A stretch of 64,000 nt of DNA from a virus, in IMG/VR virus record IMGVR_UViG_3300006310_000001, one strand, 5' to 3'. The notes beneath the pieces were generated by a model that saw nothing but the letters and a program-made list of their open reading frames with translations, made no database searches and was not told the origin of the DNA. The first letter of the stretch is position 1, and every line of letters starts with the position of its first letter. A program made the position numbers and the translations under genes. Shown one piece after another: positions 37,629 to 49,085 of the stretch.

Positions 37629-38094
37629 TATAAATTTTAAGTGCTTCTAAAGGAGTTTTTGCTTTTCTAATAGCAGATTTTGTACTTTGGTCTTTACAAT
37701 TCTTTACTACATCTTGTTCAAACAAATATATTTTAAAATTGAATAAACGGTCTATATGTTCTTTCTTATTACTTAAAAGAAAATCCATCATCAACTCAAT
37801 AAATTTAGGATTAACCTCTTCTATTATATCTTTAATAAGACCTTCTTTTTGTGCTATATTTTTAATTTGACTAATATAAGCTTTTCGTTCTTCTTGTTTT
37901 TTAGTATAAGTATTTTCGTGAAGTTGGTCTAAAGAACAAAGTTTTAATAACTCTTGACAATTTGGATTGTCAACATCATATTCAAGTATATGTGGATTGA
38001 CTGCTGTTCCGTCATCACTTTTTAATAATACTTCAATATTTTTTCTTTCATTATCTATGAAATGTGCTGTTATAAAATTTTCTTCATTAATCAT
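37597..38094 (-). CDS. Hypothetical protein
   Basis: 165 aa ORF with GGAG SD, co-oriented with structural genes. Confidence 0.6.
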   Translation of the reverse strand: MINEENFITAHFIDNERKNIEVLLKSDDGTAVNPHILEYDVDNPNCQELLKLCSLDQLHENTYTKKQEERKAYISQIKNIAQKEGLIKDIIEEVNPKFIELMMDFLLSNKKEHIDRLFNFKIYLFEQDVVKNCKDQSTKSAIRKAKTPLEALKIYIKLWEDTNKI

Positions 38095-38110
38095 AATATA
38101 CTCCTATAAT

Positions 38111-39040
38111 TTACGATTTTAATATTTTCAAATACCAAGTATTTGCTGTTGTAGGTGTACCATTTGGAAACTCTTGCGCTCTATAATCATCTCCACCCGC
38201 TTGATGTGTTTGATAATCTCCTGTACCTGTCAGTATTGTATCTGCCATACCAGAACCTCTATTTACTCCACTTGCATAACTATAAGTTATTTTATAACCA
38301 TCTACTGAAGCAGCGGCAGTATATTTAATATGACTTGCTAATAATGTTTCAAAAGCAACTTCTGTAAAATCTTGTAAATCATTTCCACCAGTTACATAAA
38401 GCGGACTTCTTGTTATAGTAGTATCAACACCATCTACTCTATGCAAATAATAACTTGCAATTGTTGTAGGTTGGTCTAAATCTTCAGGAATATCTCCAGC
38501 AGCATAAGCAGTTGTATCTGCTTGAGTATTTACATAAATTGGTGTTGCGTTAACTAAAGTAGAACCTGCAACACTATTTGAAGCATTAATATGATATGTT
38601 CCAGCTTGTTCACTTGTTGTGGTCGCCGCTGTCAATAAATCAATAGCAGGATGTATAAATGTATCTTTAACATCTTGTAAAGACATTGCTTGAATATCAT
38701 TACCTGCTGTTCTATAGACAGGCCAACTTTTTCCTGAATCAGTTGGTGCTGAACCAGAGGTTACAGTTTGCTCTATTTTATCGTAAGTAATAGTTACCGT
38801 TGTAGGTTCTGGTGTTGTTGCTTCATTTGGAAATGCTGAAGCGTGTGTTAACATAGCACCCGCTTGTTGTCTTGTATCAGTTATTGATCCTACGTTTCCG
38901 CCAGAACCTACTACTGATAATACAACAGATGGTGTTTGTGAATATTGATAAATTGCTTGTGCTATTATTTGGTCTACTTCGGCAGAAGACATCTCTTTCA
39001 AATTGCCGCCGCTATAATATAAAGGAGCTCGTATAGCCAT
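38111..39040 (-). CDS. Hypothetical virion structural protein
   Basis: T/A/G/D-rich; three copies of a P[LV]Y...GN.[LI]..[MF] motif. Confidence 0.55.
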   Translation of the reverse strand: MAIRAPLYYSGGNLKEMSSAEVDQIIAQAIYQYSQTPSVVLSVVGSGGNVGSITDTRQQAGAMLTHASAFPNEATTPEPTTVTITYDKIEQTVTSGSAPTDSGKSWPVYRTAGNDIQAMSLQDVKDTFIHPAIDLLTAATTTSEQAGTYHINASNSVAGSTLVNATPIYVNTQADTTAYAAGDIPEDLDQPTTIASYYLHRVDGVDTTITRSPLYVTGGNDLQDFTEVAFETLLASHIKYTAAASVDGYKITYSYASGVNRGSGMADTILTGTGDYQTHQAGGDDYRAQEFPNGTPTTANTWYLKILKS

Positions 39041-39051
39041 AATTAAATCTC

Positions 39052-39984
39052 CTATGTAGCACTACCAACAATCGTCTTTTGCGCTACTCCCGCTGAATTG
39101 TAGATTACTAAAGTTGATGAAGATGTAAAAATAGTACCATCAGCATATCCTGTCGTATTAGTTAAAGCAACTGTTCCTGTTGAGTCAGGTAATGTTACTA
39201 TTCTTTCTGCTGTAGGGTCTGTAGGTCTTATATATGTTTTAAATGCGTCATTTGTTGCACCTTCAAAATAAATACCTAAATTGCTATTTGCACCTGTTAA
39301 GTAAATAGCCCCACTTGTTGTTATATTATTTGTTGATATATGACTACCACCAAAATTAACACTATCTCCTGTGCGAGCAGTAATAGTATTTGTTTTTAAT
39401 CCACCTTCAATTTGAACATCATCATCAAAATGAAGTACAGTAGAATCTGTAGATGAAAATGTATTACCAACTACTGAAACTGTTCCTAAAGTATTCGTCC
39501 CACCTGTAGTTGTAATAGTCGGCGCTGTGATATTATTTGCTTGTATGTCACCAGTTGTTATTATATGGTCATCTCCAAAATCTATAGAACCACTTGAATC
39601 TGTAATAGAACCATTTGTTAAAGTTAAACTTCCTGCAGATACAATTGGAGCTGATAAAGAAGTAGTAATATTAACAACATTTGTTAAACCAATTGTTAAA
39701 ATATCTGGAACAGATACAACAGCAGTTGTTTGGTTTGAAACACCTTTAAATTGAGCAGTTTGACCTGCACCAATTTGCTGTACAGTTGAAGAAGAATCTT
39801 CCATCTTCCAACCTTCAGCAGCAAAAATTTGACTAGCTAATTCATTAACTGCACCAATAACACTAGTTGCCGACATTGAAGGGTCTAAAGTTCCAATATC
39901 TCCAAAATCATTTAGACACATATCGTTAAAATTTGTTCTAAATTGTTCTAGTGTATCTGTTAATGCTATATTTCTTACAGCCAT
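39052..39984 (-). CDS. Short tail fibre-like protein
   Basis: TDTLEQFRTNFN N-terminus, T/G-rich fibre repeats, FEGAT.DAF.T....PTAERIVTLPDSTGT module. Confidence 0.65.
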   Translation of the reverse strand: MAVRNIALTDTLEQFRTNFNDMCLNDFGDIGTLDPSMSATSVIGAVNELASQIFAAEGWKMEDSSSTVQQIGAGQTAQFKGVSNQTTAVVSVPDILTIGLTNVVNITTSLSAPIVSAGSLTLTNGSITDSSGSIDFGDDHIITTGDIQANNITAPTITTTGGTNTLGTVSVVGNTFSSTDSTVLHFDDDVQIEGGLKTNTITARTGDSVNFGGSHISTNNITTSGAIYLTGANSNLGIYFEGATNDAFKTYIRPTDPTAERIVTLPDSTGTVALTNTTGYADGTIFTSSSTLVIYNSAGVAQKTIVGSAT

Positions 39985-39985
39985 T

Positions 39986-40207
39986 TTATTTTATAACCTT
40001 CTTAATTAAATCTTTTATTTCTCTTAATTCTTTCTTTAAATTATTTATCTCGGAACACATACCTCTTAATTGGTCTGCATTCTCTTCTCTTTGTCTTATT
40101 CTTTTCATATAGATAGCATATTCATTACTTGTTCTTACTATAGCATTAGTACTTATATCTCTAACTAAATTTGAGTGTCCTTCAACTTTCAATATTCCGT
40201 TTGCCAT
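39986..40207 (-). CDS. Small hypothetical protein
   Basis: KVEGHSNLVRD..TNAIV plus coiled-coil; directly follows the 2021-aa structural gene. Confidence 0.6.
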   Translation of the reverse strand: MANGILKVEGHSNLVRDISTNAIVRTSNEYAIYMKRIRQREENADQLRGMCSEINNLKKELREIKDLIKKVIK

Positions 40208-40211
40208 TTTA

Positions 40212-43200
40212 TTATATCGCCAATGCTACTGTTCTCATATCTCTTACAATTGGAGGATATGATGAGATAGACCCTTTCATTACTATTTTAATTTGTAAAG
40301 ATGTAAATGGATTTAAACTAGCTACTGAATATTTGTATTCTCTAAATGTTGTGTCATCTTCAGCAGGTGTTACTGTTGTATCTTCCGAACCATCTGTATT
40401 AAATGGTGTCCAAGATAAATCTTCAATCTTTCTATCATCTTCTGGTCCTAATGTTCTATGATAAACTTGTACTACTGAACTTGACCTAACATTTGAAGTC
40501 AATCTAACGTCTAAAGAAGTTGATGAATTTTCTAATACTACAGGTTTAGTTAAATAAAGAGCAGCTGTAGATGAACCAGTTGAAGCAATATCATCAACAA
40601 AATCTGGTGTATTACCAGAAGTTGGATTATTTAATCTATTTGAAATCATAAAAGCACTCATTCGTTGTGTATCTAAAACTGGTGAAACTTTTGTATTAGT
40701 AGTTAAAAGTTTTAAATTTAACCAAAAAGATTTTTGACCTGACATTTCATTTGTTTCATTTATTTCACTCATTACAGCTTTTGGATTGTTAAAGTGTACA
40801 TTTTCAGAATTAACAACAGCAACTTTATTTGCCGTTGAAGTTAAACTAAATTCTGATTCTGCACCGTGCATTGATTGTCCAGTAGTTGGTCTAATATACC
40901 ATTCAATACTTGTACCAGGTAATTTCATTGTTTGAACACCTGATAAATTCATTACATCATATTTTCTATTTTGTGTTGCAGTTACAGTATTGCTTCCAAT
41001 ATCACCAGTAGCAGTTGCTGTTCCAGCTGTTGTAATATCATAACTATCTAGGGTTACATTTGAAATACTTGTATATGTTCCATTTAAATCAGTATGAGCA
41101 ATACCATTATAGGTACCAGCCGACACTCCTGCAATGGTCACATTATTTGATGTGCCGTGCATTCCGTGATTTGGATGATAAACTCTAACTACACCTGAAG
41201 CATTTGTTGTTCGTAATGGATTAAGTTTAAGTGTTCTAGCAGGTAAAGTATTATTTGTCAACATAACATCTCCAGTTACATTTTCAAATTCTGCTCTCTT
41301 CAATGTAAATTTAATATCTTCGTTTTGTTCAGTTGTCCAAGTCACACCATTTTGTGATTTAAACATTACACCAGCATATGGTTGTGCTGATATTGTTCTA
41401 TCTGAACCTATTACAGTTTCTCCCAATCTACCAACATAACAATTGTAATCAGTTGAGTTTGCCATTAATACAAAAGAATATTCTGTATTTTCTTGTACAT
41501 AAACAGGACTTGCAAAAGTAAATGTAGTTTTAACTGTTGCGTCAGCACTTATATTAACTGAAGGTGGATTTAATGATACTTCACTAAACGGTAATATATT
41601 TTGTCCTGGATAACCATTTACAGTATTTCTAATTTGTAAAGTTAAAGGTACATTAGCGTCTTTAGAACTGAAAAATAAATCCATAGATGTTAAGAAAACA
41701 CCTCCAGCGTCATCAATCATAAATGTTTGTGCTAATGGATCGTGATAACCAACTTGTCTAGCTGCCCCTCGTTGGACATCCGTTCTAGTTACATTTTCTG
41801 TTTCATTAGTTGCTCTAAATTCTATAGCAGCTGTTCTTGTAGAAATAATTGTATTTTGTACTGTTTCTATAATACCTCTAGCAATATATTCAGCATTAGC
41901 AGCTGTATCTGGTGCTTGTGTTAAAACGTTTGTAGATGAACTTGTTAATCTAAAAATTCTTTGACCTGTTCGCCATCTTGGATTTGAATTTACTTTTGGA
42001 TCAGGTATTGCAAAAGTTCCCGTTACAGCACCGTTAGCATCCGTGACAAGATTACCACCTAAAGAACCACCATCTGGTGTTATGTAAGTAGATATATCAT
42101 CACTATCAAAGAAAGCATAAACTCTTGTATTTGGTCTCATTCTTGTAGCAGTAAATGATACTGTTCTACTTCTAATAAACGGAACAAATGCTACACTTAT
42201 AATTCTATCACCAATACTATTTGTTATTGTTTTTGGAACTATTACTTGTCTAATTCCTGCTCTTGTTCTTGTTCCAGTTTGAGTAGTTGTTTGGATATCT
42301 CTTTGCATTACTCTCCAACCGTGACCACCTCTTTGTTCAAAATTTTCTGTAGTATTAGTTGTTGATGTTCCAGTCCAATTATTTGTCCACTCGTTCCATA
42401 CTGTACCTATCTCTACTTCTTGAAGATTTGGATTACCAGAAACAGCAACTAAAGTATCCCAAGTACCATCATCATTTGTAATTGTTAATTCTGGTGCTCT
42501 TTCTGTTTCTTTCCATTCATCATTTGCTGGTGTTAATGCAATTGAACCTATCCAAGTAAATATTCCAAATGGGTTAACATTAATTGATTTACTTGCATAC
42601 GGTTGAGTTATTAAAGCAGTTTCACTATAAGGTAATGTAATTAAATCTCCAGTTTTTTGGTATTGTCCATCCGTTCTATCAGCGGCAACAATAGCTGTAC
42701 CATCACCATCACGTTCAATAAGTTGAATAGCATCCTCGTGGAATGTTGGTCTCATTTCACCTTTCGCCATATCCATTGAAACTTTATAATCTACATTTCC
42801 TGGGTCACCTATTGCGTGTCCTGTAAAATTATCTACAACAAATCCATTTTTAAATCTATCAAATCCATCAGCGTCTTGTATTTGTAATGTTTGAGCAGCA
42901 ACTTCTAATAAAGACAATTGAGTATAATATTCAACATTTGTTATTCTTCTTTCTAAATGTCCAATATCTCTCATTGTATATCTTCGGTTGTCAACTGTTT
43001 CTATACTAACATCAGCTGTATCTAATCCATAACTTGGTAAAAATAAAGTGTACATATGCATAGCATTATCTAAAGAACCAGGAACATCTGGTGTTGCTGA
43101 ACTTGCACCACTCAATACTTGAAATTTTCCAGCTGAATCTAAATATATTTTATCAACTCTTTGTAAATAATATTCAAAATCGGATGTTATGTCTGTACCA

Positions 43201-46200
43201 AATTTAACTGAATCAACTGTAGAAGCACCTACACCGTCATATGAACGGTCTTGGCTACCTGAATTTATTGTTGAAGCGTCATCAACTCTTGGTCTGAAAT
43301 CTAAAGTATCTCTTAATTCAAATCTTTCATTAGTTGTTGATGATTCGTATGCTGGTATATTTTCATAATCAACAATACCTGAATAAGAGTCTACATCAAA
43401 ATAATCTCCAGAACCGTGAGAGAAGTAATCAAAATTAACTAGTAATCTTCCTGTTGGTGTTAATGCACCATTTTTTAATTTAATTCTTCCAATGTCATAG
43501 AAGTTATCTCTTTGTCCTGTATCTAAATCAAATCTATCTGTAATATCTGTATCACCAGCAATAGCATTTGTAGAAAAATCTGCTGCCATATAAATGTTAT
43601 TAATTTTATAAACATCTGCTCTACCTAATCCACATACACCAGATTCAACAGTTGCTTGTGTAGCAATTTGTACTGTTTGTGCTGAATTTAATGTTTTAGT
43701 TTTAGAACTTGCAACTGAACGATTAACTGTTGCTAATATTTTTACTTTATGTCCTGCATAATTAGTACCAAAATTTAATGTTAAAGTTTTACCAGTTGGA
43801 GAACCTGCTAAAGTAAATATTGTTTGTGCTAAATGGTTAGTACCACTTAAACTTAATATATCTGATACTGCACCAGCACTACCACCACCAGTTGTCATAA
43901 TAGAAACAGTAAAGTCTGATTCTTTTAATCCACTAAATGTTTCATTTGTTCCTGCTGTAATTGAAGCGTCACCATTACCTGATAATGTTGCTGTGAAATG
44001 TCTTCTAATTGCAAAATTTGTATCTGTTATTCCTGAATTAACAGTTGTCTTTAATGTCTTAATAGTTTCATAAGGCATTTTAAAGATAGAAATATTTTTA
44101 CCTGGTTCTTTTACTGCACCACGTCCTCTAGTAAAAGATGATTTGGTAACATCAGCACCTGCACCTAAAGTTACTGCAAAACTTGTATCATTAATAACAT
44201 AGGCTACTTCATTTGTTTCTGCAAGAGGAGTATTTGTTATATATGTAATTTTATCTCCAATTTTTAATTCATCTGTAAATCTTGTACCAAATCCATTAAT
44301 TATTGTTCCTGCACCTGCGACAGATAGTGTACCTGTCATACTAACATTATCTCTCACTACATCCGCAACATACCCAGGAGAACCTGTCATACTAATTGTT
44401 TTAATATCAGAAGAACCATAAACTATTGCCGCTTTACGTCCTAAAACATCTGCTTGTAAAGTTGCTGTATTACTTGAAGTTCCACCTGTAATTATTTCAC
44501 CTGGTGTAAATGAACCTTGTACATTTGAAGCTATTACAATTCCGTGTGCTGTTGTTCCACCTGTACCTGGAGTTGTACAATTAACAGGAGTTGTTCCATC
44601 TTCTTTGTATAAATTATAATCTGTAGAATTAACTACTCTAACTGTAAATACTCCACCAGTAGTTACAACTGAATCAATTGCCCAAGAACTTCCAACACCT
44701 GCAATAGTAACTTGTTGTCCATCTAAAAAATTATGGGGACTTGCGTGTTGAACTACGCAAGGATTTGCTTGAGTTATACTATTAATTGTTGCCGTTTCTG
44801 TTGTTGATATTGATTGAACAACACCAGTTGCACCAGAAGTGCCACCTGTTACAGTTTCACCAGTTGTAAAAGCTTGAGCTGTTAATATATTTAAGTGAGT
44901 ATACGTTTCTACATCAAATAGATAATGTTTAAAAATAGAACTTGTTAAACCACCACTTGAAACAATATTATTTACAGCAGTACCAGATGAGTATTCAAAT
45001 CCTCTTGACTTTGCTCTTCCTATTTGAGTAATACTTGAACCTGCTGCTGTATTAACTACACCTCTAACAGCAGTTGCCGTACTATATAAGTCAAGACTTT
45101 TATATGATTCTATATCACCTGTTACAAAACCAATATCTGGTGTACCATAAACGTTAGTTACGTTTAAGTAATTACCTAAATCAAATCTAGTTTTAAAGTT
45201 TGGTTCTGTATCAAACTCTCTTGCTTTATCTACATCAACAAAAGTTGTTCCTAATTTTTCTATTTCATAACCTTTAACATATGCTTTTCCTGGAGCTAAA
45301 CCTATTGCAAGTTTAGATGAATCACCACCTGCACCTGAAGCGTAAATACCTCTATTATTTCCTGATAGTAAATGTTCTCTTATATCTAATTCAAAACCTT
45401 TAATAATATAATCTCCTGACTCGTCATATGTTCTACGAGCAAAAGTATCTTCTAATACTCCATATTCTGTATTTCTAACTCTATTCTGTAAAATACCTTT
45501 TGATAGTCTTAATAATTCTATGAAATTTTTATCATCTGTAGCTGCTAAAGTTTTCTTTTGAAGTGTTAAATCAATTTTAAATCTATGAGCACCAGGAGCA
45601 TTTTGATTTGATGTTCCTTGAGCATTATCATTTAAACTTCCATCTTCATTTGGAGTTACAAAAGATTCTGTAACTAATAAACCAACTCTATATGAAGGTG
45701 TGTTTGTATATTTGTCTAGTACTACTGTTTGTTGTAAAACTTCAACGTGATATCCATTAATATAATAAACTCCTTTTTGTACTTCAGCAGCGCAACCTTT
45801 ATGTGTTGAAGCAACAGTCGCTGTAGCAGCCAAAGAATTAATTGTACAATCTAAAATTTCTGTATCAGAAAAGGAAGTTGATGTATTATCTGTTCCAGTT
45901 TTTGAATATTTTACAAATAATGTATCTGGATCAGTTCCATCAGCTACAGATACACCTATAACTTTTGCAACAAGACCTGAAGTTGCACCTGTTACTTCTA
46001 ATCCATTATAATCTGCTAAAGTTGAGTTTGATTTTGCTGAAAGTTTTACTGAAGTGTAATTTAAGTCGTACCCGATTTCTCCAGGTATAACCATAGCACC
46101 TTTTTCAAATAGATGGTCACTAACCCTTTCTACTTGGTTTTGTAATTGCGTCTGTGATTGTGTTAACTCTCTCGCCTGTACAGCAAATGCTGGTCTGAAA

Positions 46201-46277
46201 AGAACTCTATGAAATTTTTTATTTTCATTAAAGTCATCATAATAGGGCGATAAGTTAAAATCTGTTGGACTTGGCAT
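40212..46277 (-). CDS. Large virion structural protein (VrlC/DUF4815-like)
   Basis: FNLSPYYDDF, LFRPAFAVQARELTQ.Q, ARRTYDESGDY, RFKNGFVVDNF, DPLAQTF, EDIKF.L.RA.F. Confidence 0.8.
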   Translation of the reverse strand: MPSPTDFNLSPYYDDFNENKKFHRVLFRPAFAVQARELTQSQTQLQNQVERVSDHLFEKGAMVIPGEIGYDLNYTSVKLSAKSNSTLADYNGLEVTGATSGLVAKVIGVSVADGTDPDTLFVKYSKTGTDNTSTSFSDTEILDCTINSLAATATVASTHKGCAAEVQKGVYYINGYHVEVLQQTVVLDKYTNTPSYRVGLLVTESFVTPNEDGSLNDNAQGTSNQNAPGAHRFKIDLTLQKKTLAATDDKNFIELLRLSKGILQNRVRNTEYGVLEDTFARRTYDESGDYIIKGFELDIREHLLSGNNRGIYASGAGGDSSKLAIGLAPGKAYVKGYEIEKLGTTFVDVDKAREFDTEPNFKTRFDLGNYLNVTNVYGTPDIGFVTGDIESYKSLDLYSTATAVRGVVNTAAGSSITQIGRAKSRGFEYSSGTAVNNIVSSGGLTSSIFKHYLFDVETYTHLNILTAQAFTTGETVTGGTSGATGVVQSISTTETATINSITQANPCVVQHASPHNFLDGQQVTIAGVGSSWAIDSVVTTGGVFTVRVVNSTDYNLYKEDGTTPVNCTTPGTGGTTAHGIVIASNVQGSFTPGEIITGGTSSNTATLQADVLGRKAAIVYGSSDIKTISMTGSPGYVADVVRDNVSMTGTLSVAGAGTIINGFGTRFTDELKIGDKITYITNTPLAETNEVAYVINDTSFAVTLGAGADVTKSSFTRGRGAVKEPGKNISIFKMPYETIKTLKTTVNSGITDTNFAIRRHFTATLSGNGDASITAGTNETFSGLKESDFTVSIMTTGGGSAGAVSDILSLSGTNHLAQTIFTLAGSPTGKTLTLNFGTNYAGHKVKILATVNRSVASSKTKTLNSAQTVQIATQATVESGVCGLGRADVYKINNIYMAADFSTNAIAGDTDITDRFDLDTGQRDNFYDIGRIKLKNGALTPTGRLLVNFDYFSHGSGDYFDVDSYSGIVDYENIPAYESSTTNERFELRDTLDFRPRVDDASTINSGSQDRSYDGVGASTVDSVKFGTDITSDFEYYLQRVDKIYLDSAGKFQVLSGASSATPDVPGSLDNAMHMYTLFLPSYGLDTADVSIETVDNRRYTMRDIGHLERRITNVEYYTQLSLLEVAAQTLQIQDADGFDRFKNGFVVDNFTGHAIGDPGNVDYKVSMDMAKGEMRPTFHEDAIQLIERDGDGTAIVAADRTDGQYQKTGDLITLPYSETALITQPYASKSINVNPFGIFTWIGSIALTPANDEWKETERAPELTITNDDGTWDTLVAVSGNPNLQEVEIGTVWNEWTNNWTGTSTTNTTENFEQRGGHGWRVMQRDIQTTTQTGTRTRAGIRQVIVPKTITNSIGDRIISVAFVPFIRSRTVSFTATRMRPNTRVYAFFDSDDISTYITPDGGSLGGNLVTDANGAVTGTFAIPDPKVNSNPRWRTGQRIFRLTSSSTNVLTQAPDTAANAEYIARGIIETVQNTIISTRTAAIEFRATNETENVTRTDVQRGAARQVGYHDPLAQTFMIDDAGGVFLTSMDLFFSSKDANVPLTLQIRNTVNGYPGQNILPFSEVSLNPPSVNISADATVKTTFTFASPVYVQENTEYSFVLMANSTDYNCYVGRLGETVIGSDRTISAQPYAGVMFKSQNGVTWTTEQNEDIKFTLKRAEFENVTGDVMLTNNTLPARTLKLNPLRTTNASGVVRVYHPNHGMHGTSNNVTIAGVSAGTYNGIAHTDLNGTYTSISNVTLDSYDITTAGTATATGDIGSNTVTATQNRKYDVMNLSGVQTMKLPGTSIEWYIRPTTGQSMHGAESEFSLTSTANKVAVVNSENVHFNNPKAVMSEINETNEMSGQKSFWLNLKLLTTNTKVSPVLDTQRMSAFMISNRLNNPTSGNTPDFVDDIASTGSSTAALYLTKPVVLENSSTSLDVRLTSNVRSSSVVQVYHRTLGPEDDRKIEDLSWTPFNTDGSEDTTVTPAEDDTTFREYKYSVASLNPFTSLQIKIVMKGSISSYPPIVRDMRTVALAI

Positions 46278-46286
46278 TTAACTCCC

Positions 46287-47747
46287 CTAAAATTCTATAA
46301 TCAATTTGATATTTTCGGTTTGGTCAGCAGCTCTAGTGATTGGCGCTCTATTTTCTACATAAACTATTTCACCTGAACCGTGGTCAATTTCCGAACTAGA
46401 ATATCCGTTTGAAAATGTTTGACTATTAACTGTACCTGTTGTCGTAGCAGGTGTTAAAGTTGCGTTTGTATCTGCACCAGTAATAATATTTGTGCCACTA
46501 AATGCTGTCTGATTACCGTTAGTATCTACTCCCTCATCATTGTGTCTTGGTTGAATATAATATAATATTTTATTTGTTGGATCCCACTCTACAACTTTTC
46601 CAACTGCACCTGTGCTTGCTTGTGAAATTTTTTCGTCAACTGAAAATGTTAAATTACTGGACGCACCAACAACGGCACTTGTTGCTCTCAATGTAGCAGC
46701 AGAAGCAGCAGTACCACCTGATTTCGGGTCTCTTATTAAACTTACTTTTCTAAAATCATTTGCAACAGTTACGTCACCTGAATTAGCTGATTCTGTTCCT
46801 TCTAAACTTGTATTCAACATAACAAAAAATCCACCTAACTCTTGTACTGCATTAAATCCGTGTCCACCTTTTGGTTCAATCATACAATCTAATTCTGTAC
46901 TAATTAATGCACCACCACCAGCAGCATTTATATCTGCAAGTTTAATATATGCGTAAGTGTATCCTGTTCCTGGAGTAGTTACGGTTACCGCTGTAACTGC
47001 ACCTGAAGCAATGGTTACTGAACAAACTCCACTTGATCCATCTCCTCGTATTGGAACACTTGCGTGTGTTCCATCTGTACCAGCAGAACCCGCTGTTTTA
47101 ATTTTAATTACATTGATTGCACCATCTACAGCAGCAGCATTAACTGTTCCATTTGTACCAACTGCCATAAAATCTACTGATAAAAATTCTGCTTGTTGAG
47201 CAGCAGTTAAAGTGTAAATATATTTCCACTTGTATCCATCAGCAGTTGCTAATATTGTTGTTGATGTTCCTGTAGGTTCTACAGTTGAAGTACCACCGCT
47301 ATTATTATCTAAACATTTGTAAACATTTCTAGCAGCACTTAATACATAAAAAGTTGCGTCATATAAAGTAACAGCACCACTATTTGAAGTTTGTGCTGTT
47401 GTTGTTCCAGTAATGTATTCTCCATAATCGTGTCTGTAATAATCATATACAGTAGCAGTCGTCCAATTTCTTCTAGGAATTACAAATCCAGCATTTGTAC
47501 TTGCTACTTTTTTACAAGCAAGCATATCATCATATGTAAAATTTTGTGTATTTTCGTTATCTGCAGGAGTCACAGGTAATGCGTCTGTTCCTTCATTATT
47601 TGTTCTTCCATCTCCTCTTGTAGAAGTCCCAAATGGTTGAGGTCTTCCTATACCTAAATAGAAAGTATTTCCTGACGCTTCAGTAAACGCTTCTTGGAAT
47701 TGTTCCGAGTTGTGTATTCTGAATTTATTTGTTATAATTGCTGGCAT
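46287..47747 (-). CDS. gp8: Baseplate wedge subunit
   Basis: AIITNKFRIHN, PRRNW, VYKCLDN, DGYKWKYIY, IEPKGGHG.NA..ELG, YVENR.PI.RA.DQTE.IKLIIEF. Confidence 0.88.
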   Translation of the reverse strand: MPAIITNKFRIHNSEQFQEAFTEASGNTFYLGIGRPQPFGTSTRGDGRTNNEGTDALPVTPADNENTQNFTYDDMLACKKVASTNAGFVIPRRNWTTATVYDYYRHDYGEYITGTTTAQTSNSGAVTLYDATFYVLSAARNVYKCLDNNSGGTSTVEPTGTSTTILATADGYKWKYIYTLTAAQQAEFLSVDFMAVGTNGTVNAAAVDGAINVIKIKTAGSAGTDGTHASVPIRGDGSSGVCSVTIASGAVTAVTVTTPGTGYTYAYIKLADINAAGGGALISTELDCMIEPKGGHGFNAVQELGGFFVMLNTSLEGTESANSGDVTVANDFRKVSLIRDPKSGGTAASAATLRATSAVVGASSNLTFSVDEKISQASTGAVGKVVEWDPTNKILYYIQPRHNDEGVDTNGNQTAFSGTNIITGADTNATLTPATTTGTVNSQTFSNGYSSSEIDHGSGEIVYVENRAPITRAADQTENIKLIIEF

Positions 47748-47765
47748 TCTTATTTCCTTTATCTA

Positions 47766-47773
47766 TATTTATA
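47766..47773 (-). promoter_or_regulatory. T4-type late promoter upstream of gp8
   Basis: Exact TATAAATA. Confidence 0.75.
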
Positions 47774-47785
47774 CAAGTTTTCTAA

Positions 47786-49084
47786 TTAGTAATTAATTCC
47801 TATTCCGTGGAGTTGTGTTTCTTTAGTAGTATCTGTCTGGTTCGCCCAAACAGCTTTGTAAATAACTCCTGTGCCACTTGTACAAGTTGTTTCTCCTAAA
47901 CGGACTTGTTTAACACCAGTACTATAGACTGGAGTAATAGTATCATAACTTACCGCTTCAGTCCAATTTGAACCATTATCACAACTGAAATATATCTTTA
48001 AATCCGTTCCGATAACTCCTGTTCCAATACCATCTTTATAAAGCATTGTTCCAGCTACTTTTGTTTTAGCTACATCTACTGTATTAGCTGATTGAATTAA
48101 TGTTCCTGTAGCTGTTGATGTTGTACGTTCTTGTGGAGTAAAAGTTGTTCCATTAGGATACCTACAATTATTTGATATTCTCATTTCATCTAAATAACCG
48201 TTAAGAACACCATAAGAGTCAGTATAAGCTCTTTTACTTATCCATACTTGACCACCTAAAGCACCAGTCATTAAATGACCACCAGAAGAAGTTGGTACAG
48301 AAGCAGAACCATCTTGTACACCATCTTTATAAAATCTTATTGTACCTCCATCTCTAACTACTGCCATATGATACCATTGACCTGTTGACATAGCAGTACC
48401 AGATTCAAAAGCAAAATCATCTGCTGTTGTTGTACTATTTCTATGATAAACATTAAATTTTTGTTTCATTCCTGCATTAGGACTAATACCCCAATGCCAA
48501 GCACCACCAATATCGGTAGCATCTGTTTTTGCTTGGTTGAATATATCATATCCGTGTGTGCCTGTATTGACGTTCATATATATCCAAGTTTCCATAGTCC
48601 AATCACCTGTTCCCCAAATCCAATCATCACTATCAGGCATTGATAAAGAGTCATCTGAACCATCAAAGAAAGCAGAAGCACTTCCAAATTTTTTCTCTCC
48701 TGTATTTGTAGTAGGTTGATTACGTCTAGTTATTGTTCTATTGTGTGAAGAACTATCTGTAAATACTGTTCCAGCATTAGCTCCATTATAATGTAATAAT
48801 GCTAAAGTATTAGCATCGCTTACCCATTCGTCAACAGTTGTTATAGCAGTTGTTATATGACCACTAACTCTATCTACATCTGTTTGTGTTCCTAGATTTG
48901 TGTCATCTGAAAACGTATCTATAAAAGTATTAGGCAAATTGAAAGCAGCAGACGATTCGTTTGTTGCTTCTCTTAAAGCCAAAGCTGTTACATCATCTTT
49001 AACTGGTTGCACACTTGCACCTAAAGTTAAAGGTGTGCCATCTGCATTTACATTGTTAGCTCTATTTCTTGTTCTAATTCCCAT
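47786..49084 (-). CDS. Virion protein with LamG/concanavalin A-like lectin domain
   Basis: FDGSDD.L, DWTMETWIY, WYHMAVVR.G...FYKDGV, GYLDEMRISN. Confidence 0.8.
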   Translation of the reverse strand: MGIRTRNRANNVNADGTPLTLGASVQPVKDDVTALALREATNESSAAFNLPNTFIDTFSDDTNLGTQTDVDRVSGHITTAITTVDEWVSDANTLALLHYNGANAGTVFTDSSSHNRTITRRNQPTTNTGEKKFGSASAFFDGSDDSLSMPDSDDWIWGTGDWTMETWIYMNVNTGTHGYDIFNQAKTDATDIGGAWHWGISPNAGMKQKFNVYHRNSTTTADDFAFESGTAMSTGQWYHMAVVRDGGTIRFYKDGVQDGSASVPTSSGGHLMTGALGGQVWISKRAYTDSYGVLNGYLDEMRISNNCRYPNGTTFTPQERTTSTATGTLIQSANTVDVAKTKVAGTMLYKDGIGTGVIGTDLKIYFSCDNGSNWTEAVSYDTITPVYSTGVKQVRLGETTCTSGTGVIYKAVWANQTDTTKETQLHGIGINY

Positions 49085-49085
49085 T

